Under the pieces are notes generated by a model. That model ran no database searches. It was not told the origin of the DNA and saw only the letters and a program-made list of their open reading frames with translations. The translations under genes and the position numbers were made by a program. Shown here piece after piece: positions 8,262-17,167 of a DNA stretch of 22,999 nt. Origin of the DNA: a virus (lineage: Duplodnaviria > Heunggongvirae > Uroviricota > Caudoviricetes); the IMG/VR virus record IMGVR_UViG_3300032293_000813, positions 1 through 22,999 of that record; one strand, given 5' to 3'. Position 1 is the stretch's first letter. Each line of letters opens with the position of its first letter.

Positions 8262-11200
8262 TTAATAAACATAATCAGAATCTGCACCATCTACAACTGA
8301 TATATCGAAATAATCATCAGCGTAAAGTGTTTCATCCAACCAAACTGGAGTAATATATCTTCTTTTATTAGAACCCTGTCCAACAAAATATTCTAAATAT
8401 TCATCCGGAGTTCTTATCCACGCCCCACTTGAAGTATTATTAGTTGTAAAAGATGAACTCCATGCTTGAGCCTCAGTTAATCTATATATCGCGTCTCCTG
8501 GATTGTTTGAACCTGTTGCTCTAAGATTTGTAGTATTTCTTGTAAGAGAACCGGTGATTTCTAACCCTCCAGATATTATGATAGAATCTGCCATTGAATC
8601 TCCAAATAAGATAGGTGCTCCTTTTACAGATAATCCACCTGTTATAGCTAAACTTCCTGTTATATTTACATCAGAATCAAATGTTGCACTACCACTTACA
8701 TCCAACGTACCGCTTACTGCAAAGTTTCCACTAACTCTGTTACTTCCAGATATTGTTAAATTCCCACCTATAAATGTAGAACCGGTTATGAATGTAGAAC
8801 CCGTTACAACCAAATGTGCGAAAGAAGCAGTATTAGTTACTTTTAGTGATGAAGATATTGTGGTAGAACCTGTTACGATTAATGTAGATGCTATACCAAC
8901 TGCTCCACTAACATTTAATGTTGAATGAAATGTAGTTCCACCATTTACTTTTAATGAACCAGATGTTCTTATATTTCCAGTTGTATCATCTATTTCAAAT
9001 GCTCCACCGCCTACTTTGAATGTTACTCCATTATAAGTAAAGTTTGCACTATCAACTAAAGTATCGGTTGAATCCACATAAGGAATTCTACTCATACTTA
9101 AATCGTTTATCGCTAAACTCTTAACTCTCGTAGAACCTGATATAGCGGTTATATTTGAATTAAAGAATGTATCACTATCTACTCTTAAATTTAATGTGTT
9201 TAATCTAGTCTCATCTACTACCGCGTTTCCACCTGCACCAAGTGTTATTTGTGTAGTATCAATATCAACCTCTCCATTAATTCTAGTTAACCCTTCCACT
9301 CTTAAAGAAGATGCAGTTACCGCAGAAGATGCTGAAATTGTAGTTGCTATAAAGTTACCACTTACTGAAGTATTTTGTACAACTTGTAAGTTTCCACTAA
9401 CAGCTTCGTTTCCTGTTATCCAAACACTTCCTGTGAAATATGAACCACTTCCGTTTTGTCCAGCATTTACTCTTAATGAACCGGTGATTTGAACACCACC
9501 ATCATAATGAGCAGTATATCCTCCTGCTAAGTAATCACCAACTCTAATATCTCCTCCAACATATGCATTTGATACATAATCATTATCTGATACAAATAAT
9601 ATTGAATCTATTCTAGTCGCACCATTTTGAACGGTAAAGTTTCCTGATGGAACACCTCTTAAATCTATGGTAGTACTTCCTGTTAAAGATGTAGTACCAG
9701 ATACTATCAATGTTCCACTAACTGCTTGCTTTCCACTAACTGATGAAGTTAATAATGCACCATATTGAACGAATTGCAGAGATGAACTCACCACTGCGTT
9801 ATTAGCAATAATAGTTCCTCTTATATTAGATGCAGTAATATCATTTGTTACATAAACTGAACCGGTAAATCTATGAGTATCATTTGTATCATTTCCAAAT
9901 ATAGTAGAACCATTACTAAACGATGTAGTCATATAAGTTACCGAAGAACTTACGATGTATTGTTGAGCAATTATGTTTCCACTTACTATTAAATCGTTTT
10001 GAATATTTGCATTTCCTAATACTCTTAAATTACTTCCTGTTACCGATACCGCCCCTAATAGAGATGCTGTATAAGTGTTTAAACTAGAAGTAGAAGTATT
10101 AATAGATTGAGTAAATATGTTTATTACAGAACCCGTTGCAATAACCGATGCGGTGAATGTATTCATTATCGAACCCGTCGCTTTAACGGATGCACTAAAT
10201 GAATTTACACTTGAAGTAAATGTATTCATCAATGAGCCCGTTGCAATCACACTCGCACTAAATGTATTCAACGATTGAGTTGAGTTATTTAGAGATTGAG
10301 TTGTGTTATATAATGAACTCGTAATTATATTCAACGATTCAGTTGCAACCTGAGAAGCATTTATTGATGCAACAGATGCACTTAATAATCCAATAGATGA
10401 ACTTACTGAACTACTTAATGAAGAAGTTGCAGTATTGATTGATTCACTTATTGAACTTGTAAAGTTACTAAATCCGGTTGTTCCGCTTACATTTGTTTGA
10501 ATTGAAGAACTAAATGCTCCATTGAATATTCCTATAAATCCAGATGCACTAACTATACCGGATGAAGTTATTGATGCACTAACATTTAACCAAACTGGAT
10601 TAGCAACCGGGTCACTTGCACTAGCATATAAATTTATTTGACCATAGAAATTTGAAGTACCATTTATGGTTTGGTTATCACCATAAGTGTTACCAAATGT
10701 ATGATTACCATCAAAGTTAGATTCTGTTACATAATAAGTTGATGTACTTACAATATATTGTTGTGCAACTATATTACCAGTTACATAAAGATTACCACTA
10801 ACATTTACATCAGCTCCGTTTGGTTGCAATGCCGCTTTCAAAGAAGCAGTATAAGTATTTAAACTTGCAGTTGAATTATTAACTGATGAAGTGAACGTAT
10901 TAATTATTGAGCCACTTGCTCTAACGGATGCACTAAATGAATTTAAACTTGCAGTTGAAGTATATAACGAAGATGATATTCCATTAAATTCAGTTCTTTC
11001 TAAAAATCCCGTTCCAGTTACAATTGCATTTATTCTAGTATGTAAAGATGCAGTTGCAGTGAATAATGAAGCACTAAAACTTGATGATAAATTTATTGTA
11101 GTTAAAGCTATACTCGCTGATATTCCATTCGATGGATTCCAAATTGAAGATGATAGCGATGAACCAGATGAATATAATATAGCGGTTGTAGTTGCAACTG

Positions 11201-13904
11201 AACTACTATATGCTACTAATTCCGCATCAGTTGCATATCCACTATCCAAATTGGCTATTGCCGCTAAACTTTGGCTAATTCTACTTTCAAATGATGCCGA
11301 TATTCCAGGAAACACATTCGTAGTAAAATTATTACTTGCAGAAATACTTGAACTAAATTGATTTATTTTTGTATCGAAGTAAGTTCCGGATGCTTCTAAT
11401 GCCGCGATTCTAACACTCTGTGATACAACCGAACCGGAAACAGTTGAGATTGATGCGGTATATTGTTCTAATGAATTAACTCTTGCTCCAATGCCCGTTG
11501 CCCCAGCTCCTCCAATTGCAGCAGAGATAGAAGCAATTCTATTATCAAATGAAGCACTTGCAGTTGCAAATGTTCCACCATTACCAATCCAAGTTACTAT
11601 ACTAGCAGTAAATCCACACAATGCACTATCTTGAGTTTGTAACGATAATATAGAAGCCGATACAACTGATGCGGTTGCAAAAGTTGCACTAGCTGAAGCA
11701 TTTAAAGCATTTAACTGAATAACGGTACTTCCAGTAGTACTTATTAAACTTGCAACTGTCGAACCAATTCCTGTTATAGCACCCGCTTGAGCACTATTTG
11801 TAATCGCAGATAACGATGCACTTGTTTCTAACGCAGTTATTCTAGTTCCGGTTGCACCACCTCCTAATGAAGATGATAAACTTAATATCCTACTATCAAC
11901 TGATGTACTAAATGGTAAATAAGTTGAACCCGTAAATGTGTTTAATGATGCAGTTGTTGTATGAATAGAATTTAAACTATTACTTACAGATGCACTAAAT
12001 GTATTTTGTGAATTGTTTACACTATTAATTGTATCTATCGATGTTGCAAAAGAAGTACTATCGATTAAAAAACTACTACTTATTGTATTGAATGAACCAC
12101 TTAATTGTGATAACTCAACTCCATCAACTAATCCACTAACTGCAATATCTCCCGTTATACTAACTCCTTTATTTATAGCAATTTTAGATAAGTTATTATT
12201 CCAATCTATTCTTGCATCTGCACCACTAATATAAATACCAGCTCCGTCCGCCATCGCAGCAGTAGTTGAACCACTTGCTATTTCTATAAGTTTATCAGCT
12301 ACTTTTAAGTTAGTTGTGTTAAGAGCTATTTGAGTTCCTTGTACAACAAAGTTTCCTAATATTGTAGTAGTAGAACTAACTCCATTACCTGTCACATCTA
12401 TGGCTTCTTTTAATGATGCAGTATATGTGTTTAATGAAGCGGTTGCAGTATTAACTGAAGATGTATGTGTATTAACAGAAGTAGTAAATGAATTTACACT
12501 TGCACTAAATGAATTATGTGAACCACTACTTACTTCTAATGCATCTATTCTACTTTTTGCAGATGATGCTGATGTAGCTAATGAACTACCACTACTTACT
12601 AAACTAGAAGTAAGTGTATTCAAACTTTCGGTTGTGGAATTAACACTTGCAGTAAATGTATTAACTGAACCTGATGTTGATTCTAATTGAGTTAATCTAG
12701 TTAAAACAGCTGATGCTGAACTTGCTAAAGAAGATGCTGATACTTCTAAACTACCACTTCTAATATTAAGAGCAATAATTGAAATATTAGCACTTGAAGT
12801 AAATGTATTTAATGAAGCAGTTGCGGTATTAACCGAACTACTAAATGTATTCACACTTGCACTAAATAAATTTAATGCAGAAATATTTGTAGATGCTCCC
12901 CAACTTGCTGATGCCGCTTCAATTGAATCTAATCTACTGTCCGCTGAAGATGTAAAAGCACTTAATGAAGCAGTTATAGAAAGAATAGAACCTGTCAATG
13001 CTTCTATTAAATCAACCCTACTTTCATGATTAGAAGTAGATACAAATAAACTTTGAGTAGCAGCTTCTAATGAATTTATTCTACCATCATCTATAGAAGT
13101 ACTTACAAATAAAGCTAATAAATCAGTTGTTACACTTCCTGATTTTGTTTCCAATGAAGTTAATCTGTTTTCAATTGAACCTGTCTTTGTGTTCAATGAA
13201 GCAGTTACTAAATTAAGAGATGATGTTGTACTATTTACAGATGATGTATGTGCATTATGAGCCAATCTAATACTACCACTAGCTGCTTCTAACGATGCTA
13301 ATCTAGGTTCTACAATAGAAGATGTATAACTTTCATAGTTTGATTTACTTAAGAAAGGAGTTACTACAATACTTCCAAATTTAGAATTGATTGTAGCTGT
13401 AACACTTCCACTTAATGAACCAATTGATGAACTCAAATTAGCTACAGAATGTGATAATGATTGTGAAATCGAAGAACTGAATGTTGAATATCCAGTTGTA
13501 TTAGCTAAAGTTACTCCTTGTGAAGCACTTATTAAATTTGTTCCAATTACATTTATAGTTCCACCACTAACAATTAAACTTCCTGTTATAGTAGTTGAAC
13601 CCGATACATTTACAGAACCACTAAATGAAGCTGGTCCAATGTTTACTAAAGTATTTGAACCTGATAGGATAAATGAACCCGTTACGATTACATTTCCGTT
13701 TATCGCTTGTTGCCCTACCCAATTATTACTACCACTCGATGATAATATTGTACCACCCGCATTTATAACTGTCCCATCGGAAAGTGTTATAATTAAATTA
13801 GAACCAGAGAATGAAGCATTTACTACATGAGCTCCTGTCAACCCTCTTGTTCCTGCGGTTGCTACTGTTAATTGCGGTGAGTTATTTACTAATGTTACAG
13901 ACAT
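8262..13904 (-). CDS. Giant fibre protein with alternating coiled-coil and beta-repeat segments (1880 aa)
   Basis: ORF track; very S/T/G/A-rich; heptad-spaced LNTFTSSV / LNTYTASL / RLxxLE segments alternate with xxxTGS beta repeats; internal duplicated module GNIxAQQYIVS...FGN. Confidence 0.8.
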   Translation of the reverse strand: MSVTLVNNSPQLTVATAGTRGLTGAHVVNASFSGSNLIITLSDGTVINAGGTILSSSGSNNWVGQQAINGNVIVTGSFILSGSNTLVNIGPASFSGSVNVSGSTTITGSLIVSGGTINVIGTNLISASQGVTLANTTGYSTFSSSISQSLSHSVANLSSSIGSLSGSVTATINSKFGSIVVTPFLSKSNYESYTSSIVEPRLASLEAASGSIRLAHNAHTSSVNSTTSSLNLVTASLNTKTGSIENRLTSLETKSGSVTTDLLALFVSTSIDDGRINSLEAATQSLFVSTSNHESRVDLIEALTGSILSITASLSAFTSSADSRLDSIEAASASWGASTNISALNLFSASVNTFSSSVNTATASLNTFTSSANISIIALNIRSGSLEVSASSLASSASAVLTRLTQLESTSGSVNTFTASVNSTTESLNTLTSSLVSSGSSLATSASSAKSRIDALEVSSGSHNSFSASVNSFTTSVNTHTSSVNTATASLNTYTASLKEAIDVTGNGVSSTTTILGNFVVQGTQIALNTTNLKVADKLIEIASGSTTAAMADGAGIYISGADARIDWNNNLSKIAINKGVSITGDIAVSGLVDGVELSQLSGSFNTISSSFLIDSTSFATSIDTINSVNNSQNTFSASVSNSLNSIHTTTASLNTFTGSTYLPFSTSVDSRILSLSSSLGGGATGTRITALETSASLSAITNSAQAGAITGIGSTVASLISTTGSTVIQLNALNASASATFATASVVSASILSLQTQDSALCGFTASIVTWIGNGGTFATASASFDNRIASISAAIGGAGATGIGARVNSLEQYTASISTVSGSVVSQSVRIAALEASGTYFDTKINQFSSSISASNNFTTNVFPGISASFESRISQSLAAIANLDSGYATDAELVAYSSSVATTTAILYSSGSSLSSSIWNPSNGISASIALTTINLSSSFSASLFTATASLHTRINAIVTGTGFLERTEFNGISSSLYTSTASLNSFSASVRASGSIINTFTSSVNNSTASLNTYTASLKAALQPNGADVNVSGNLYVTGNIVAQQYIVSTSTYYVTESNFDGNHTFGNTYGDNQTINGTSNFYGQINLYASASDPVANPVWLNVSASITSSGIVSASGFIGIFNGAFSSSIQTNVSGTTGFSNFTSSISESINTATSSLSSSVSSSIGLLSASVASINASQVATESLNIITSSLYNTTQSLNNSTQSLNTFSASVIATGSLMNTFTSSVNSFSASVKATGSIMNTFTASVIATGSVINIFTQSINTSTSSLNTYTASLLGAVSVTGSNLRVLGNANIQNDLIVSGNIIAQQYIVSSSVTYMTTSFSNGSTIFGNDTNDTHRFTGSVYVTNDITASNIRGTIIANNAVVSSSLQFVQYGALLTSSVSGKQAVSGTLIVSGTTSLTGSTTIDLRGVPSGNFTVQNGATRIDSILFVSDNDYVSNAYVGGDIRVGDYLAGGYTAHYDGGVQITGSLRVNAGQNGSGSYFTGSVWITGNEAVSGNLQVVQNTSVSGNFIATTISASSAVTASSLRVEGLTRINGEVDIDTTQITLGAGGNAVVDETRLNTLNLRVDSDTFFNSNITAISGSTRVKSLAINDLSMSRIPYVDSTDTLVDSANFTYNGVTFKVGGGAFEIDDTTGNIRTSGSLKVNGGTTFHSTLNVSGAVGIASTLIVTGSTTISSSLKVTNTASFAHLVVTGSTFITGSTFIGGNLTISGSNRVSGNFAVSGTLDVSGSATFDSDVNITGSLAITGGLSVKGAPILFGDSMADSIIISGGLEITGSLTRNTTNLRATGSNNPGDAIYRLTEAQAWSSSFTTNNTSSGAWIRTPDEYLEYFVGQGSNKRRYITPVWLDETLYADDYFDISVVDGADSDYVY
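10060..10315 (-). repeat. Imperfect 21/42-nt tandem coding repeats (heptads) in the giant fibre gene
   Basis: Encodes LYNTTQS LNNSTQS LNTFSAS VIATGSL MNTFTSS VNSFSAS VKATGSI MNTFTAS VIATGSV INIFTQS INTSTSS LNTYTAS; boundaries approximate. Confidence 0.7.
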
Positions 13905-13905
13905 C

Positions 13906-14283
13906 TTATCGGGTTACATTTTTTGACAATTTCACTTGTCCTTCTAATAATCTCGTAACCTCATTACCACTTACCATTTCTAAATCATAGTAAGCAGTAT
14001 CAAAATTTAATAAAGAAGAGGTAGCTGCTGAAATGTATATTCCAATAGAACCACTTTGAACTGGCGTTAACCCATCAGAACCACTCATATTCAACCCAGT
14101 ACCATCTGTTTGACGTGATGAACTTAGTGATAAATAAACGGTCTCAGATGTAGCGGATGGTCTGATTTGCATTCTCCCGCCATATCCAGAAAGGTTTACA
14201 CTCCCAGTCTCATCTTGCCATGTGACCTGTATGTTTGTAGTTGCTCCCTGCTCTATGATAAAGGAATATCTTGCTGCTGCCAT
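13906..14283 (-). CDS. Small beta-sandwich fibre adaptor (BppU-N / T5 LtfC-like) (125 aa)
   Basis: IEQGAT...NLSGY.GRMQIR...AYYDLEM...VTRLLEG.V pattern; lies immediately upstream of the giant fibre gene (1-nt gap). Confidence 0.65.
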   Translation of the reverse strand: MAAARYSFIIEQGATTNIQVTWQDETGSVNLSGYGGRMQIRPSATSETVYLSLSSSRQTDGTGLNMSGSDGLTPVQSGSIGIYISAATSSLLNFDTAYYDLEMVSGNEVTRLLEGQVKLSKNVTR

Positions 14284-14301
14284 TAATGTTCTTCTTTAAT
14301 A

Positions 14302-14310
14302 TATAAATAT
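14302..14310 (-). promoter_or_regulatory. Putative late-promoter motif ATATTTATA
   Basis: Exact copy, intergenic, 18 nt upstream of the ATG at 14283. Confidence 0.55.
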
Positions 14311-14321
14311 TACAAATCCGA

Positions 14322-14693
14322 TTAACCTAAATTAATCAATTTGTATTTAGTTGAGTATAACAAAGTAGCTATATTATCTATATCATTTTGAAACCAACTA
14401 TATTTTAATTTTTCATCTTTTCTAGCTGATTCTAAGAATTTACAAAGTTTATCGAAATAGTTAACCATATTTTGTTTTTCAGCATTGTTATCTACCCCAC
14501 TAACTGCTTTGTATTCTATTAAACCATGCATACCCTGATACGATTCAATCAAACCATCTATCAAAGGTACAATTCCTTCATAGTATGTTTGTAAAGCAGT
14601 ATGAGCTGCAAATGAACCCTGTCCGGATACTCTTGTGTGAAATATATGTGCCTGTGTTCTACTATGTAAAAATACCGAAGCCAATTCTTCCAT
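14322..14693 (-). CDS. Dps/ferritin-like four-helix protein (phage DUF5856-like) (123 aa)
   Basis: H19, H31, D46, E50 have the same spacing as the Dps ferroxidase ligands (E. coli Dps H51/H63/D78/E82); helical amphipathic pattern. Confidence 0.75.
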   Translation of the reverse strand: MEELASVFLHSRTQAHIFHTRVSGQGSFAAHTALQTYYEGIVPLIDGLIESYQGMHGLIEYKAVSGVDNNAEKQNMVNYFDKLCKFLESARKDEKLKYSWFQNDIDNIATLLYSTKYKLINLG

Positions 14694-14717
14694 TTATATT
14701 AAATTTAATTATACATC

Positions 14718-14726
14718 TATAAATAT
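14718..14726 (-). promoter_or_regulatory. Putative late-promoter motif ATATTTATA
   Basis: Exact copy abutting the methyltransferase stop codon, 24 nt upstream of the ATG at 14693. Confidence 0.55.
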
Positions 14727-15373
14727 CACTTCCTAATTAAAAAAGAGTTTGGAAATATCTGAATCTTGTGATTTGGTATATTTTCTCTCTCAATCAACTC
14801 ATTCATAGCCTTAAGAACCGATGGATACGCATCTATATCATCTCCTCCTAAGTATCCACCTACCTTAACTCTACTCCACCAATTATCCATATCTAACTTA
14901 ACTATCTCATAATTGTGGTCTCCATCTATGTAAACAAATTGTAAGGATTCCTTATCATACCATTTCCACAACCATCTACTATCACCTATCATAAGGTTAA
15001 TGTACTCATCTACTCCACATAATCGGTAATGGGCTTTGATTAGCTCATCAATTGGAATATCCTTAAGTTGTTCTGAAAATCTATAATCGTAAAATGATTT
15101 TGGATGGTCTCCTCTTCTAACATCCGCATCTATCTGCCAAAGAGAATCTATTGTATCGAAGTGTATCTTTTTTCCGCTTTCTTTTATAAGAGAAGCCATA
15201 AAGATTGTAGATTGACCGAAAAATGTTCCAATCTCTACTATTGAATCCCCATCATTTAATTCTTTGAATACTAATCCGTAGATATCTTCAGCACAACCAA
15301 TCCATCCTGGTACATCTTCGTAGGTTTTGATTTTACCTATTTCGTACTTATCCTTTATTGTATGTAACCTCAT
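14726..15373 (-). CDS. Class I SAM-dependent methyltransferase, Methyltransf_24-like (215 aa; start revised from 15415 to 15373)
   Basis: IVEIGTFFGQST (SAM-binding motif I), GDS, FVYIDGDHNYE and VKVGGYLGGDD motifs. The track's first 14 codons overlap the terminator hairpin, so MRLHTIK at 15373 is preferred. Confidence 0.85.
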   Translation of the reverse strand: MRLHTIKDKYEIGKIKTYEDVPGWIGCAEDIYGLVFKELNDGDSIVEIGTFFGQSTIFMASLIKESGKKIHFDTIDSLWQIDADVRRGDHPKSFYDYRFSEQLKDIPIDELIKAHYRLCGVDEYINLMIGDSRWLWKWYDKESLQFVYIDGDHNYEIVKLDMDNWWSRVKVGGYLGGDDIDAYPSVLKAMNELIERENIPNHKIQIFPNSFLIRK

Positions 15374-15393
15374 AAATTTAAATATAAAGACAT

Positions 15394-15418
15394 AAAAAAA
15401 GGGGTGATTTCTCACCCC
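15394..15418 (-). terminator. Rho-independent terminator after the major capsid gene
   Basis: Minus strand GGGGTGA-GAAA-TCACCCC followed by TTTTTTT: 7-bp stem, GNRA loop, U7 tract, about 50 nt after the capsid stop. Confidence 0.92.
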
Positions 15419-15470
15419 CTCTTTATTATACTCTAAGTTACGTTAGAATTTAATTAACTGAATCCGAAGA

Positions 15471-17138
15471 TTATAAGTTAGCTAAATCTTTTACATAAAT
15501 CTTACCATAGAATTCTGGACGCACTATTTTCTTAGCGTATCTTGTCATAACTCCTCTTCTTGGAGTGAAGTTATCTGGGTCATACACTAATGGAGTCATA
15601 ATCAATGGAACGTATGGAGCGTAAACCGCACCAGTCTCCAAGAAGTTAGCTCCTTTAAATCCTAATAAGATTTGGTTAGAAGTCATATAAGGGTTTTTGT
15701 AAACAGTATATCTGTTAGAGATTGAACCTACTACAGAAACACCAGCTGCAAATTGTAATGAATCTTTCTCAGCATTCACATGGAATCCAGGAATTGATTC
15801 TAAAATTGTAGCTACGTCAGGAGAACATACGATAAAGTTTGCTCCACCTCTCATTGTTAATTGGTGAATCTTGTTAGATACTTTGTTTAACTTAACTCCT
15901 AAAGTCTGGAACCAAGTCGCCTTTTGGTATGCTAAAGAAGATGAACCCGCAGTCCAAGTTCCTGTTTGAGCATTATACTCTTCACCAACGTTTGTTGACC
16001 AGTAATCAACAGTCAATGCGTTAACTTGTAACATATCTAAGATTTCTAAGTCGATTTCTAAAGAGATGTATTCAGATAACATTGAAGTTAATTCTGCTTC
16101 AGCATCAATTGAGTGATAAGCATTTAAGTCTTGTGCCAACTCAGGAGTCCACACAGCCTTTAATTTTCTTGTTTTAGCAACAATAGATTCACTCTTTAAT
16201 TCTAAGTCAACTTCTGGAATATTCAAGTTAGTACCTGAAGATGGATTAGAAATTGGGTTTTGGTCTTCGAAATCACCTCTGTCATAAGCTAAAGGTTGCT
16301 CATTATAACTCAATGCAAATGTACCAGATGCATATGTTGCACTACCAGTTGGTATAGTTGTTGAATTTGATGCAGATACGAAGAATGTTAACTGACTAGC
16401 TGCATAGTTATGCGATGCAAACTGAGCGATATGTCCATTTGCACTTTGAGAACCAGATGAAATATTAACTGAACTTGTTGTTGATGTAAATTTAGCCGCT
16501 TTGATAGCTTCTGTATCAATGTTTGTGAACGCAGATGCATTAACTACAACTTTTCTAATTTGTCTAGCATCAATAGAAGCTGTAAATCTTGAATCCCAAC
16601 CTAAATCAGCACTAGTTGCATCTGTTATAGTTAAGTTTTGAGTAGCACCACTTACTGCTGCTGCAATTTGAGGAGCTAATGTGTATCCATATTGACCTTC
16701 TCCGTAAAGACCGCCTTGTGCTAATTCAGTTCTACCGAACTTAGAACCAGTTCCGTATAAAGAATCACCTGCAGTTTTACCACCTCTAGTTGTACCATAT
16801 TTGAAATCCATGAAGAAAATCAAACCTGAAGGTAAGTTCATTGGTTGAACTGAAACGAATTCTTTAGCTGCGATTTCTCCGAAGATTCTTCTTACTAAAG
16901 GTAAAGCAACACCAGACCACTCTTCTGAACCTGCAGAAGTACCTGTTTGAGTTGCCTCAGATAATAATTGTTGTGCTTGGTTTTCCAAAAGCACTGCCAT
17001 AGAATGTTGGTCTCTATCTTTCATTCCTTCTAACAATCCGGTTTTGTCCCATTTTGTTCTAAGTCCTCTAGTTTGCTCCAACATCACAGCTTGAGGGTTT
17101 TTCGCCTCTAATAATGATTTAACATTAAAGTTTGCCAT
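15471..17138 (-). CDS. gp23: Major capsid protein, T4 gp23-like (555 aa)
   Basis: LLENQ, LPLVRR, VQPMNLPSGLIF, AKTRKLKAVWTPELAQDLNAYHSIDAEAEL and YAPYVPL..DPDNFTPRRGVMTRY motifs. Confidence 0.97.
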   Translation of the reverse strand: MANFNVKSLLEAKNPQAVMLEQTRGLRTKWDKTGLLEGMKDRDQHSMAVLLENQAQQLLSEATQTGTSAGSEEWSGVALPLVRRIFGEIAAKEFVSVQPMNLPSGLIFFMDFKYGTTRGGKTAGDSLYGTGSKFGRTELAQGGLYGEGQYGYTLAPQIAAAVSGATQNLTITDATSADLGWDSRFTASIDARQIRKVVVNASAFTNIDTEAIKAAKFTSTTSSVNISSGSQSANGHIAQFASHNYAASQLTFFVSASNSTTIPTGSATYASGTFALSYNEQPLAYDRGDFEDQNPISNPSSGTNLNIPEVDLELKSESIVAKTRKLKAVWTPELAQDLNAYHSIDAEAELTSMLSEYISLEIDLEILDMLQVNALTVDYWSTNVGEEYNAQTGTWTAGSSSLAYQKATWFQTLGVKLNKVSNKIHQLTMRGGANFIVCSPDVATILESIPGFHVNAEKDSLQFAAGVSVVGSISNRYTVYKNPYMTSNQILLGFKGANFLETGAVYAPYVPLIMTPLVYDPDNFTPRRGVMTRYAKKIVRPEFYGKIYVKDLANL

Positions 17139-17167
17139 TTTGTTATTTTTTTAAATTTTTTGTTCAA

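Noticed and set aside
12230-12237. TATAAATA inside the giant fibre gene
   Set aside because: It lacks the trailing T of the intergenic copies, is far from any start codon and is explained by the GIYI codons.
9900-13300. CRISPR-like or non-coding repeat array (recurrent gatgcactaaatg / aatgtatt words)
   Set aside because: The repeats are degenerate, in frame and explained by heptad protein repeats; there is no constant repeat with unique spacers.
15374-15415. N-terminal 14-aa extension (MRNHPFFYVFIFKF) of the methyltransferase, or a leader-peptide attenuator
   Set aside because: It is the read-through of the terminator stem and U-tract; no alternative antiterminator pairing was evident.
15432-15447. 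Small hairpin TCTAA-GTTACG-TTAGA between the capsid stop and the terminator
   Set aside because: Only about 5 mostly A-T pairs, which is expected by chance in AT-rich DNA.
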